A stretch of DNA of 46,232 bases from Octopus bimaculoides. Lineage: Eukaryota. This document shows, piece by piece, positions 1 to 13,160 of the stretch; the first letter of the stretch is position 1; each line of letters starts with the position of its first letter. Position numbers and translations under genes: made by a program. The stretch covers positions 71,141,833 through 71,188,064 of the forward strand of contig NC_068989.1 of assembly GCF_001194135.2 (NCBI RefSeq), written 5' to 3'. The notes under the pieces were generated by a model, which searched no databases, had not been told where the DNA came from, and saw nothing but the letters and a program-made list of their open reading frames with translations.

Positions 1-119
1 TAACCAACCAACCAACCAAACCAACCAGCCAACCAGCACCCAACCAACCAACCAACCGACCAACCAACCAACCAACCAACCAATCAACGAACGAACGAAC
101 CAACCAACCAACCAACCAA

Positions 120-150
<31 letters not shown>

Positions 151-176
151 ACAAACGAACCAGCCAACCAACCAAT
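1..176. repeat. (AACC)n/(AGCC)n compound microsatellite
   Basis: Direct: tandem AACC, AACG and AGCC units. Confidence 0.95.
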
Positions 177-552
177 TAGGTTCTGCGTGTATTGGAGAGG
201 GATCAGTCTACGCACGCTGATTATGTTTTAGACAATCTCAAATTATGGTTTAACTTAGCAAATGTTTCTATGATACCGAAGCGGACGTGATCCGGATTAA
301 GATAAGGCTGCACCATATTACTGTGTATCCAGATTAAGGCCAACATACTGACAAGAGAGGAGAACCGTTGGATTATTCGGTGCTAATGGCTAAAGAATCT
401 TCAGAATATTGGACATAGTCGTTGCTGTTGTTGTAGTTGTCGTTTCTATTGTTGTTGTTTTTTTGTTGTTAATTTAGCCTCAGCATCGACCGATCTAAAA
501 GCATTCCAGCTGTGGCCGTCGCGTATTGTTTCCTTTGCTGCATATCTTGTCT

Positions 553-709
553 ATGGCTGTGTAGCTAAGAAGCTCGCTTTGTAACAAGGAAGTTTCGGGT
601 TCGTTCCACCGCGTGGCACCTTCGACAAGTGTCTTCTACTATAGCCCCGAACCTACAGATGCTTCGTAAGTGAATTTGATAGAAGGAAATTATGTGGAGG
701 CCCGTTGTG
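553..709 (+). mobile_element. SINE family A, 5' half (degenerate)
   Basis: tRNA-like head TGGCTGTGTAG...GGGTTCGTTCC, then GTGGCACCTT..CAAGTGTCTTCTACTATAGCC; aligns with the full copies at 18437 and 19288. Confidence 0.85.
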
Positions 710-710
710 C

Positions 711-873
711 AATCCATCCATCCATCCATCCATCCATCCATCCATCCATCCATCCATCCATCCATCCATACATATATACATACACACACACATACATATA
801 TATACATACATGTATGTATGCATGCATATATGTGTGTGTGTACGTATACATATATATATGAATACATATATAT
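711..873. repeat. (CATC)n plus TA/CA/TG microsatellite
   Basis: Direct. Confidence 0.95.
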
Positions 874-1018
874 ACGACAGGCTTCTTTCAGTTTCCGTCT
901 ACCAAATCCACTCACAAGACATTGGTCGGTCCGAGGCTATAGTAGAAGACACTTTCCCAAGGTGCCACGCAGTGGGACTGAACATGGAACCATGTAATTG
1001 GGAAGTAAGCTCATATGC
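874..1018 (-). mobile_element. SINE family A, 5' half
   Basis: Reverse complement of the family A head and core; runs into an N gap. Confidence 0.9.
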
Positions 1019-1551
1019 NNNNNNNNNNNNNNNNNNNNNNNNNNNNNNNNNNNNNNNNNNNNNNNNNNNNNNNNNNNNNNNNNNNNNNNNNNNNNTACAT
1101 ACATACATACATACATACATACATACATACATACACACACACACATACACACACACACCCACACATATACATATGCATATAAATGAGTAACATTAGAGGT
1201 ACAGGTGTCAATCCATCACGGCGCCTTTAACTGATTAATGAAAACATTACGTCATTGCAAAGAAACCATTTTCGTTTTATTCATCTGCCTCGGAATCTGT
1301 CCTTCGTAAATATTATGGACCGTATATCTAATGTAATGTACATGTCTGAATAGGTCAAGAGCGGATTTCATCATTCAGTTGGGTCTAATTGTCTACATAC
1401 ACTGCTAAAATATCATTCGGCCGGTACTTATGTACCAAGTTTGATATTTACATAATATTATTGTGCGTATATTATTCCGACTTAACGAGGTGCTTCAATT
1501 TAAGTTCCTAATTCAACTGAATCTTACCAATATTTATACATATACATATAT

Positions 1552-1706
1552 ACGACGGGCTTCTTTCAGTTTTCGTCTATCAAATACACTCACAAGGCTT
1601 TGGTCGGCCCGAGGCTATGGTAGAAGACACTTGCCCAAAGTGCCACGCAGTGGGACTCAACCAGAAACCTTATGGTTGGGAAGCAAGCTTCTTACTACAC
1701 AGCCAC
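1552..1706 (-). mobile_element. SINE family A, 5' half
   Basis: ACGACGGGCTTCTTTCAG...GTGCCACGCAGTGGGACT...ACACAGCCAC is the reverse complement of the family A head. Confidence 0.9.
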
Positions 1707-2337
1707 GTTACATTTTGTTTAAAGGTGTTCTTATAACATTTTAAGCCAGTAGGATATGATCTGAGGTTAGATTCTATTTCTAACGGGGCAATCGATCACG
1801 TAGATGTTCCTTTGTTGTCTAGTATTGGACTACAGAAAAAAACACCTGTCGTAATTTTAAATGCCATTTGTATTCTCTTTTTATTCCTCTGTGTGTATGT
1901 GCGTGTGTGTGTGTGTGTATGTGTTACATTTTATTTTTAATTATTTGAAATTTTCTTATAAAGAATGAATTAATCTTTAACAAAGAAATAAAACTCCTCG
2001 CTCGCAAGAATTTGGATAACAGAAAGCGGCAAGAGTTACACGCTGAACATTATAAAAAGTCTTGCATATAAAAATATTCAGGACTTTTCCTCATATAGAT
2101 TGTATGTGTAAAGTTCGTGCTAGTTGGTCATTTTCTTCAGGAAAACGCTAGCTTTACGAGATTGCCATTTAAACATTTACTATCACAGTCAAGTGTGTCA
2201 ATAATTACTGGAACAAATGTGAATTCAAAATCTAGATAGAAAAGCAACAAATTGCGAAGCAGCTATCCATAAATATTCTTTATGCTCTGGTTGATTTATA
2301 TATATATATAAGAAAGTCCCAACAAGGCAAGAAGCTA

Positions 2338-2998
2338 CAGACTGTCCTCATTTAACGACCTACCTATTTAACGACCACTCAGAGTTACGACAAACTTTAC
2401 GAGCCGTCATTAGATATTTTACAAAATAGAACTTGAGGCGATGGATCCAAATTTTGAGCGATTTTCCAAGGTAGAAAGGCAGACAACTGAACCTTTCCGA
2501 TGTTATCGAGAAATTTATGACGAAAAAAAGATAACAAAGCAAATAACACTGACGGGATTTTTCATGCATTTTGATGTCAGAATGAGTTGCTTTTGTAATC
2601 TTTATCCAAAGTAAAACAAAGTTATTATGTTTGAGTTTCCTTTAAACCTTTTCACCTTTTCTATATAATCATGAGAAAAGTTTATTAGGCATCTTATGTA
2701 CTGGGTCTGGAATCACAAACATACCTACGGTGTCTGAGCTACAATAATACAGTCTCCATATCCTAACTTTTAAGGTTTTCCTTGTGATAATCTTACTGTT
2801 ACTTATTCATTTTTCAACAATTTATGTTAGTGATTCTTGGCCCTGTACTGCATATACTTCATACAGTACGGTACTCTGTTTTTATATGCACGTACAGTAC
2901 ACTATACCTATAAAAGAAAATACGTACCCTATGAATATTAGTTTAACGACGAATTTGCTTAACGACAGGGCTGTTGGAACGTAACTCGGTCGTTAAAT
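2338..2998. mobile_element. Non-autonomous Tigger/pogo-like (Tc1/mariner superfamily) element
   Basis: TA at 2336-2337, then CAGACTGTCCTCATTTAACGACC. Its inverted match GGTCGTTAAAT lies at 2988-2998 and runs into a gap. TTAACGAC recurs subterminally (about 2367, 2942, 2959). No transposase ORF. Confidence 0.7.
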
Positions 2999-3382
2999 NN
3001 NNNNNNNNNNNNNNNNNNNNNNNNNNNNNNNNNNNNNNNNNNNNNNNNNNNNNNNNNNNNNNNNNNNNNNNNNNNNNNNNNNNNNNNNNNNNNNNNNNTG
3101 ACCGCTATGACTGTTCATATCGCAGGGTAGCTGACCGCTATGAATGTTTATATTTTTAATTTTCTTTCTTGTCTCCAGCAACTATATCAAGTCTGCTATG
3201 TTTGCATTTCGCAGAAATATTGATCGGGCTATCTAACTTAATATTCGTCGTATTATATATACGCGTATACATATATATATATATAGCAACAGAGGCGCTC
3301 TGTCTTTATCCAACAGTAGGCTTTCAGAACACAGCAGAAGGATAGTACCGCAGTGTTATCTTGATATAAAATAACAAGACAT

Positions 3383-3500
3383 TATCTTTTACTTGTTTCA
3401 GTCACTGGATTGCGGCCATGCTGGGGCGCCGTCTTGAAGAATTTTCAGTCGATAGAATCGATCCGAGTACTTATTGTTTTCAAGCTCGGCTTTTACTATA

Positions 3501-3538
<38 letters not shown>

Positions 3539-3678
3539 CGGGCTTCTTTCAGTTTCCGTCTGCCAAATCCATTTACAGCACTTAAGTCGACCCGAGGCTA
3601 TAGTAGAAGTGCCATGCAATGGGACTGAACTACAAATAATGTGGTTGGGAAGGAAGCTTCTCGCACACAGCCACATCC
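3383..3678 (-). mobile_element. SINE family A, internally deleted, with central (CA)n
   Basis: Tail TTTTACTTGTTTCAGTCA..GCGGCCATGCTGG and head reverse complement flank a (CA)n run. Confidence 0.85.
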
Positions 3679-4035
3679 GCGTCTATATATGCGTTCTTTG
3701 TCCACGAGTATATATGCGACATGTGTGTATGTATGAGTAAGCGTGTATGCATATATATGTATATATATGTGATATATATATGTACTTTCGACTGTTGAAC
3801 CCGTATGCGTAAATGAGGTTATCTGTCTTTATGCGTTATTCATTCAAATTTGTGTGTGTATGTGTGTGTCTAAATGAGCATTTCTATGCCTGGTTGTGTG
3901 CGCAAGCGTGTGTGTATGTACAACTCCCACAACATATTTTACTAAGTACGAGTTTGTCACTGTGTGCTCGAAAGTATATGTACAATTTCCGTATCTGCAT
4001 GTGTATGTAAGTCTTGATGTCTGTAGGTGTGCCTA

Positions 4036-4384
4036 TTACTCTTTTACTCTTTTACTTGTTTCAGTCATTTGACTGCGGTCATGCTGGAGTACCGCATTTA
4101 GTCGACAAATCGACCCCAGGACTTATTCTTTGGAAGCCTAGTACTTATTCTATTGGTTCACTTTTGCCGAACCGCTACGTTACGGGGACGTAAACACACC
4201 ACCGTCGGTTGTCAAGCGATGTTGGGGGGACAAACACAAATACATACATATATATATATATACATATATACGACGGGCTTCTTTCAGTTTCCGTCTACTA
4301 AATCCACTCACAAGGCTTTGATCGGCCCGAGGCTATAGTAGAAGACACTTGCCCAAGGTGCAACGCAGTGGGAATGAACCCGGA
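4036..4384 (-). mobile_element. SINE family A, near full length
   Basis: Collinear with the reverse complement of 19288-19692; tail (TTTTACTC)n; head cut by a gap. Confidence 0.92.
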
Positions 4385-4652
4385 NNNNNNNNNNNNNNNN
4401 NNNNNNNNNNNNNNNNNNNNNNNNNNNNNNNNNNNNNNNNNNNNNNNNNNNNNNNNNNNNNNNNNNNNNNNNNNNNNNNNNNNNNNNNNNNNNNNNNNNN
4501 NNNNNNNNNNNNNNNNNNNNNNNNNNNNNNNNNNNNNNNNNNNNNNNNNNNNNNNNNNNNNNNNNNNNNNNNNNNNNNNNNNNNNNNNNNNNNNNNNNNN
4601 NNNNNNNNNNNNNNNNNNNNNNNNNNNNNNNNNNNNNNNNNNNNNNNNNNNN

Positions 4653-4688
<36 letters not shown>

Positions 4689-6330
4689 AGTATGTATGTA
4701 TGTGCGTTGATGTGTATATGAATGTATGTGTGTATGAATGTATATAATATGTATACGTGTATATGTGTAAGTATGTGTGTATGTATGTGTTTGTATCTTA
4801 CTGTATATTTTAATTTTTATTTTTGGCGTAATCGTTTTATTTTAGCAAGACGCCATTTAAAGTGCGATCACCTTTGTAAATGTTGTTTCCCATCTAGAAA
4901 TAACAGGGTGGGAAAAAATTCTTCGCTGTAAATTACGAAACATTTGGAAACAAATACACTGGAATGACTAGTGAAACACGAAATTTTGTAAGAATATTTG
5001 ATTTAAATGCTTGTATAATTATGTACACACATACACGCACACATGTGTATCTATGTACGTATGTATGTTTACGCATATGTACATGTCTCTACATATCTAT
5101 ATAAATATATACATCTATATATATTATGTATATATGCGTATATATGTATATGTATATATGTATATGTGCATAAAGCTATATCTATGTATCTACATTCATG
5201 TATCTATCTATCTGTTTATCTATTTATTCATATATCTATCTGCACATGCGCTCGGGCGCGCGCCCACACGCGCACGCACGCACATATGTACATACATATA
5301 TATAGAGAGACATTTACACATAGATATATATGCACACACAAATACATATAAATGCATATATAAGCATACATACATAGGTATATGTATCTGATTACTAACA
5401 GATAGAAATACATATTCATACACTCATATATGTATATACATATATAGATATAAGTGCATATATATGTATATATATATACACACACACACACACACATATA
5501 TANNNNNNNNNNTGACGACGGTCATGACGACGACGACGACGAGATGATGATGATGATGATGATAACGCACGATGAAGGCAATATTTTATCTTTGTCATTT
5601 CAATTAACATCTCGATTTTCTTTGATTTATGATATCAGTTTACAATTTTAGAAGTTATACAACATTACATAACATACTAAAATAACTTTAATGGCTTTTA
5701 AACTTAGTAAAATAAGTTGTTTACAACGACTCCACCTACATCGATGATGTACAGACGACAAACTGTCTGTCGGTGTCTGTTCATAAAATAAATTGTATGT
5801 TTCTCTCTCTCTCTGTGTGTGTGTTTAAATCTGTGTACACATATGTGTGTGGGGGTGTGTATACATACACATGTATATGTGTGTGTATATATATATATGC
5901 ATGTATATATATATGTATGTATTTGCTTTTATAATATATGTATAATGTGTATGTATATAATACTTATTGTGTATGGTATATGTGGGGTATATAGACACAC
6001 GTGCATTCATACACACCATACACACACACGCACACGCACACACTTATATGGAATATGTAATATAAAAAAACTTCATTGTTTACTAAGCATATGTAATTGT
6101 AGGATGAAAAGAGACGGAAGAAACGGAAGTCACGTCAACAAGGATGAGGTGTGTGAAAGACATAGTTGTACTAGATGAGGTGTAGGGACAAGAAAGGGAA
6201 AACAATGAAGGGAACGATTGTTGAAGAGAATTCTCACTTGCATAAAAACCCAGACATATATATATATATATACACAAGCACATGCATCTTTATATGTATA
6301 TATATATATATCAAAATGTAACTACATGTG

Positions 6331-6642
<312 letters not shown>

Positions 6643-7010
6643 CATGCATCTATATTGCATCATAGGTGATTGTGATGTAACAGTAAAATTTCTTTCATTT
6701 CTGATATCTTTGACGTTTACGCTGGAAAAATCGATCTTTAGTAGAATTTTGTCTGACCAAAATTTCAATTTTAAAACCTATTCTCAATTAAATAGACACA
6801 TCACACTGACTAATATATATATATACATGCATATGTCTTCAGACAAAAACACACATATACTCAAATACATACCATGCAGGCATATACAATTACACACAGA
6901 TATCCAGCGAAAATGATCGATAGTAAACGGAAATATCTCATGCCAGCAATGTTTAAAATTGTTTTTAATTTACTAATTTCTTTTCTGTCTCGCACTAAAA
7001 AACAATGTAC

Positions 7011-7043
<33 letters not shown>

Positions 7044-8138
7044 TGTATGTGTGCGTGTGTGTGTGCGTGTGCATGCATATATATACATATATGTATANNN
7101 NNNNNNNNNNNNNNNNNNNNNNNNNNNNNNNNNNNNNNNNNNNNNNNNNNNNNNNNNNNNNNNNNNNNNNNNNNNNNNNNNNNNNNNNNNNNNNNNNNNN
7201 NNNNNNNNNNNNNNNNNNNNNNNNNNNNNNNNNNNNNNNNNNNNNNNNNNNNNNNNNNNNNNNNNNNNNNNNNNNNNNNNNNNNNNNNNNNNNNNNNNNN
7301 NNNNNNNNNNNNNNNNNNNNNNNNNNNNNNNNNNNNNNNNNNNNNNNNNNNNNNNNNNNNNNNNNNNNNNNNNNNNNNNNNNNNNNNNNNNNNNNNNNNN
7401 NNNNNNNNNNNNNNNNNNNNNNNNNNNNNNNNNNNNNNNNNNNNNNNNNNNNNNNNNNNNNNNNNNNNNNNNNNNNNNNNNNNNNNNNNNNNNNNNNNNN
7501 NNNNNNNNNNNNNNNNNNNNNNNNNNNNNNNNNNNNNNNNNNNNNNNNNNNNNNNNNNNNNNNNNNNNNNNNNNNNNNNNNNNNNNNNNNNNNNNNNNNN
7601 NNNNNNNNNNNNNNNNNNNNNNNNNNNNNNNNNNNNNNNNNNNNNNNNNNNNNNNNNNNNNNNNNNNNNNNNNNNNNNNNNNNNNNNNNNNNNNNNNNNN
7701 NNNNNNNNNNNNNNNNNNNNNNNNNNNNNNNNNNNNNNNNNNNNNNNNNNNNNNNNNNNNNNNNNNNNNNNNNNNNNNNNNNNNNNNNNNNNNNNNNNNN
7801 NNNNNNNNNNNNNNNNNNNNNNNNNNNNNNNNNNNNNNNNNNNNNNNNNNNNNNNNNNNNNNNNNNNNNNNNNNNNNNNNTATATATATATATATTAGCA
7901 TTATATAATAAAATTGTACATTCACAAATCGATACAAATAAATAAAGCTACCTCATTAGATCACTGGAACATCTTAGAAAGATTCCAAGTTGGTTATACA
8001 ATGATGTTATCGTGACCTGGTGAGGCTGCTTTTTTTATTTTTATTGATTTGTGATTATACGATTGTATTATATGATATCGAGCATACATATTAACATATG
8101 TATTTCAAAAGTTCCTTTCTTTATGGTAAGAACGCCAC

Positions 8139-8201
<63 letters not shown>

Positions 8202-8227
8202 GTTATCTATCCATCTATCTATCTATC
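8139..8227. repeat. (CTAT)n microsatellite
   Basis: Direct. Confidence 0.95.
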
Positions 8228-8671
8228 ATTGATTTTACCACGTACTGCACACGTAACCTAGACGATTCACAGGCGTTGTGCACTTTAGTTCCCTCCATTC
8301 AATGACTCCAGAATCTACTCGGATGATTATTCCCTTACAGCCATTTTGAAATGTAATTTTATTATTGAACAGTGTGTCATGATTGAATAATTTGTACAAG
8401 AGAACTTCACAAGCAACTCAATTGCGAAATCGTTAAAATTCTAAACAATATTGTATATACAGGCATTGTTTGATCGTCAAAATTTCCTGTCTGTTGTTTG
8501 TTGTATATATATTGTATATTGATATTGCTTACAGAAATAAAAACAGTAAAAAACTATGCATTTTTGATCTATTAAATATTTCGTTATTTCAATATTATTC
8601 AATTGCCTTCTTTTACTTAAATCCCTTCTTGATTACATATCTATGTTTCAATGAAACAAAGTATTGCTTAT

Positions 8672-8982
8672 TCTGGGAAATTTAGGCCTACTCTGAATAC
8701 TTGTCTGTAGGCCGAAACGGTTGAGGAGAAGAGGGGTGCCTGCCTGAGGTGCTCTTGGCGGTCGGGGTGACCAGGATGTGTGGGGTGCCTTGGTCGGCGC
8801 TGGGTGGAACTCACCGCTATTTTTTGTGTTGTTAGAATTTTTGTTATTAGAATTTTTGTTGTTAGAATTTTTTAATTGTTATTGTTATTCATTGTTTGTC
8901 ATTGTTCAACACCCCACTTGTCCTTTGTATTGTATTGTCCCGATATGTTTTGTGTCTGGCTCTTGTGGGCAATAAAGAAATC
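8672..8982 (+). mobile_element. Retroelement 3'-end fragment
   Basis: GC-rich segment ending CTTGTGGGCAATAAAGAAAT, followed by a (CAT)n tail. The terminus is shared with the SINE copy at 44396-44628. Confidence 0.5.
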
Positions 8983-9017
8983 ATCATTATCATCATCATC
9001 GTCGTCATCGTCGTCAT

Positions 9018-9059
<42 letters not shown>

Positions 9060-9082
9060 AACAACAACAACAACAACAACAA
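8983..9082. repeat. Compound (CAT)n(TAC)n(AAC)n microsatellite
   Basis: Direct. Confidence 0.95.
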
Positions 9083-10404
9083 AATCAACCAAATTCCTAT
9101 GTACCTGGTAGTTGTGACTAATTCTTATTCAATATCTTTCCCCTTCGTGTTATCTCTCTCTTTCTCTCTCTGTCTCTCTCTACACGCACACATACGCGCA
9201 CATATATACATATATATATGTACATACGTATCTTTGTGTGTGTGTGTGTTTCATATACACATATATACGTATCTACATATANNNNNNNNNNNNNNNNNNN
9301 NNNNNNNNNNNNNNNNNNNNNNNNNNNNNNNNNNNNNNNNNNNNNNNNNNNNNNNNNNNNNNNNNNNNNNNNNNNNNNNNNNNNNNNNNNNNNNNNNNNN
9401 NNNNNNNNNNNNNNNNNNNNNNNNNNNNNNNNNNNNNNNNNNNNNNNNNNNNNNNNNNNNNNNNNNNNNNNNNNNNNNNNNNNNNNNNNNNNNNNNNNNN
9501 NNNNNNNNNNNNNNNNNNNNNNNNNNNNNNNNNNNNNNNNNNNNNNNNNNNNNNNNNNNNNNNNNNNNNNNNNNNNNNNNNNNNNNNNNNNNNNNNNNNN
9601 NNNNNNNNNNNNNNNNNNNNNNNNNNNNNNNNNNNNNNNNNNNNNNNNNNNNNNNNNNNNNNNNNNNNNNNNNNNNNNNNNNNNNNNNNNNNNNNNNNNN
9701 NNNNNNNNNNNNNNNNNNNNNNNNNNNNNNNNNNNNNNNNNNNNNNNNNNNNNNNNNNNNTATATATACATATATACATAGGTGTATGTGTGTGTGTGCG
9801 TGTGTGTGTGTAAGTGGTTGCCTACACGTCCACAACACTTATTTAGTCGTCGTCTGGCCAATAACATGGCCGCAGTCCAATGTCCAAAAGAGACAAAACG
9901 AACTATTATAATCCGAATTTGAATGTAAGTATTGAACAACAAGCCCATTGACGTTAACACCAACAAGAACAATACGGCCCTTTCTCTCGTCATAGGGTTG
10001 TCTCCCTCTCTCTTTCTCCTCTCTCTAATTATCAATTGTAATGTCTGTTATAATAATGCTTCGAAACACTCGACAGTCAATACATTCACCTTTTCTTTTA
10101 TATATAGTTTTAATTCATTCTTTATAGATTAGTTTATTGTCTGCTACTGCAATAAAAGCCTAAAAGCTATCTAAATTTCACATTGATTTATTTATAATAA
10201 ACGACCATAAAATTATAGAACAGATTCTCGAATATATTCCAATATATATTTTAAATTCCCTCTTCATGTCCATTTTACTTTATACGCGCTGTTAAATGTC
10301 TCCAAGAAAATTATGAATGTATAATTCCCTTTTTTTTCATCATTCCGTAGAGGCTTTTTGAGCGTAACACAAATTAGTATGTTTATCTCCCCTTTGTCTC
10401 TGCC

Positions 10405-10477
<73 letters not shown>

Positions 10478-11221
10478 CAGTATTAACCATTGAGCTGATT
10501 ATCTTCCTCTCCTCGCTACGGGAGAAATTTTCACCCTTTTACTATGCAATTCAAGCTATATCCACTCAAGGCTTCATAACCCATAATTGCGGCAATAATC
10601 TTTATTTTGCCGAAGAATGTCACGTTTGAAACTATTTTTTTGTTGAGTAATTTCGCAGTTAAAGAGTTAATTGGTAAATTCATTAAATGTTCAAGTCCTA
10701 GAGGTTAGGGCACTGGGTTTACGATGAAGGCACTTCACTTTATACTGTTCCATGCAAAACATCTGAAAATTAATACCAACCGAGTGGTAGTGCAGTCTTT
10801 TCTCCCTCCAGTTATCAATCACATCCTAGATGATCGGTTGGGTTAAGGGTGGACGAGTCGAGAGTGAGTCGATATCTAGTCGAGATTACATCGGCGCCTA
10901 AAACAGTTAGTGGTAACATGTTACATGCTAAAAGGCTATGAGCTAACAAAAAACGTCTATGGCTTGGGTTTTCCAAATTAATAAGACTCCTTAACTCATT
11001 AACTACCAAATTTTTTTATTCATATTTTTTGACTTTGCCAAGTGTCTTAGAAGTTAAACTAATATATAGTATTTAAATTTTCTTCATATATAAATTATTT
11101 TGGAAATTATGATAAATTTTTCGAAAGTCCCAAATGGAGATCGCTGAAAAACAGCATTATCATATTTTTCTATTCAATTGCAATAATAAACATTTTAGTT
11201 CTTTTGAAACTATAGTATTAA

Positions 11222-11385
11222 AGGCGTAGGAGTGGCTGTGTGGTAAGTAGCTTGCTTACGAGTCACATGGTTCCGGGTTCAGTCCCACTGCGTGGCACCA
11301 TGGGCAAGTATCTTCTACTATAGCTTCGGGCCGACCAAAGCCTTGTGAGTGGATTTGGTAGACAGAAACTTAAAGAAGCCCGTCG

Positions 11386-11387
<2 letters not shown>
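11222..11387 (+). mobile_element. SINE family A, 5' half
   Basis: AGGAGTGGCTGTGTGGTAAG...GGTTCAGTCCC A/B-box-like head; ends in (TA)n. Confidence 0.92.
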
Positions 11388-11440
<53 letters not shown>

Positions 11441-11454
11441 GTGTATGCATATGA

Positions 11455-11843
11455 AGGACTTTTAGTTGAGTAAGTTGGTTTCAGTATTTATTTTTTGAAG
11501 GTTGGTATTTATTCTATCGGCCTACTTTTCCGATCGGCAACGTTACGGAGATGCAAACAAACCAACACCGTTTGTCAAGCTGAAGGTGGATGCAAACACA
11601 AACACAAAGGCACACAGACACACACGCAAGCACACACACATACACACACACACACACACAGACGTGTGTATATATATATATATATATGATGGACTTCCAC
11701 ACACTTTCCATCTACCAAAGTCACTCACAAGGAATCGATCGGCCTGAAACTATACCAAAAGACACTCGCCCATGGTGCTCCACAATAGGACTGAACTCAA
11801 AACCACTTGACTGCACAGCGAGCTTCTTAAGCACTCAGCCGTA
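11455..11843 (-). mobile_element. SINE family A, old diverged copy
   Basis: Degenerate reverse complement of both halves around a CA/TA run. Confidence 0.75.
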
Positions 11844-12159
11844 TCATTTTGTTGCATCTGATTTGTCTTACGGGACCAAAATTCATTCGTTTTCTCTGCA
11901 TCCATTCAACTTTTTAATTCTGGTTTCATTCACTTCGCAAATATTGCTAATAAACTTGAAACAGACAACATAAAACCTGTTCAGTTTCGTTTTCTATCAG
12001 TGATAAAAGTTAAGAACACGCGATTATGGATATACTGTTATAAACTAAGGTTTTATTCGTGTGAAGTAGTTATGTCTGGGACAATGTAGCCAGTAACCAT
12101 CATTCAGGCTAGTATTTGTCAATTGTCTAAGATTGTTAATTTGTCTGTGAGCCCCAATA

Positions 12160-12226
12160 ATATCAACAACAACAATAATAATCGTAATAATAATAATGAT
12201 GATGATGATGAGATGGCAATAATGAT

Positions 12227-12298
<72 letters not shown>
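12160..12298. repeat. (AAT)n-rich microsatellite
   Basis: Direct. Confidence 0.95.
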
Positions 12299-12299
<1 letters not shown>

Positions 12300-12456
12300 G
12301 TTTTTTAAACATTCACGAGAACAAAACTATACAAATCCAAATATATGGTACCCTAGGCATAACACCTACATGAACTTCTAACTTGTTGTCTCTTGAGGTC
12401 TCTGGGTGAGACTTGGATCCAACTTGTACAAATGCAAAACAAAAGTCAAACATAAA
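12300..12456 (+). mobile_element. Probable 5'-truncated non-LTR retroelement 3' end within an (AAT)n array
   Basis: Unique ~155-bp segment ending ...AAAAGTCAAACATAAA with (AAT)n on both sides. Non-coding, so the clade cannot be shown here. Confidence 0.4.
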
Positions 12457-12471
12457 ATAATAATAATAATG

Positions 12472-12508
<37 letters not shown>

Positions 12509-13111
12509 CAACAACAATTGGCAATGGCGGTTCGGTAGATATTATGAGGTCGGTATGTTAACTGGATTGGAAAAGGCGTTTAAGCGTCCTATACTCTAGA
12601 TTTATAGCGTTTCAAGGGCCTGTCCTTAATATAAATTCTTGTTGAGGCGTCTTTAACGACATTCAAGAGAATATAAAGGTGACATTAATGACAATAAACA
12701 CCAAACATTAAGATTCACACACATTCTTNNNNNNNNNNNNNNNNNNNNNNNNNNNNNNNNNNNNNNNNNNNNNNNNNNNNNNNNNNNNNNNNNNNNNNNN
12801 NNNNNNNNNNNNNNNNNNNNNNNNNNNNNNNNNNNNNNNNNNNNNNNNNNNNNNNNNNNNNNNNNNNNNNNNNNNNNNNNNNNNNNNNNNNNNNNNNNNN
12901 NNNNNNNNNNNNNNNNNNNNNNNNNNNNNNNNNNNNNNNNNNNNNNNNNNNNNNNNNNNNNNNNNNNNNNNNNNNNNNNNNNNNNNNNNNNNNNNNNNNN
13001 NNNNNNNNNNNNNNNNNNNNNNNNNNNNNNNNNNNNNNNNNNNNNNNNNNNNNNNNNNNNNNNNNNNNNNNNNNNNNNNNNNNNNNNNNNNNNNNNNNTA
13101 TATATATATAT

Positions 13112-13160
13112 ATTTATTTTTATTGACACCGAAAGTCTAAAAGTCAAAGTCGAGTTCGGC
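13112..13160 (-). mobile_element. SINE family B fragment
   Basis: TTTATTGACACCGAAAGTCTAAAAGTCAAAGTCGAGTTCGGC resembles family B TTTATCGACCCCGAAAGGATGAAAGGCAAAGTCGACCTCGGC. Confidence 0.65.

Noticed and set aside
277-347. Minus-strand exon candidate with a good acceptor
   Set aside because: Weak donor (GTATCA) and no recognisable product.
1950-2070. Short protein-like frame EIKLLARKNLDNRKRQELHAEHYKKSCI
   Set aside because: About 40 codons, no start or convincing splice sites, no recognised family.
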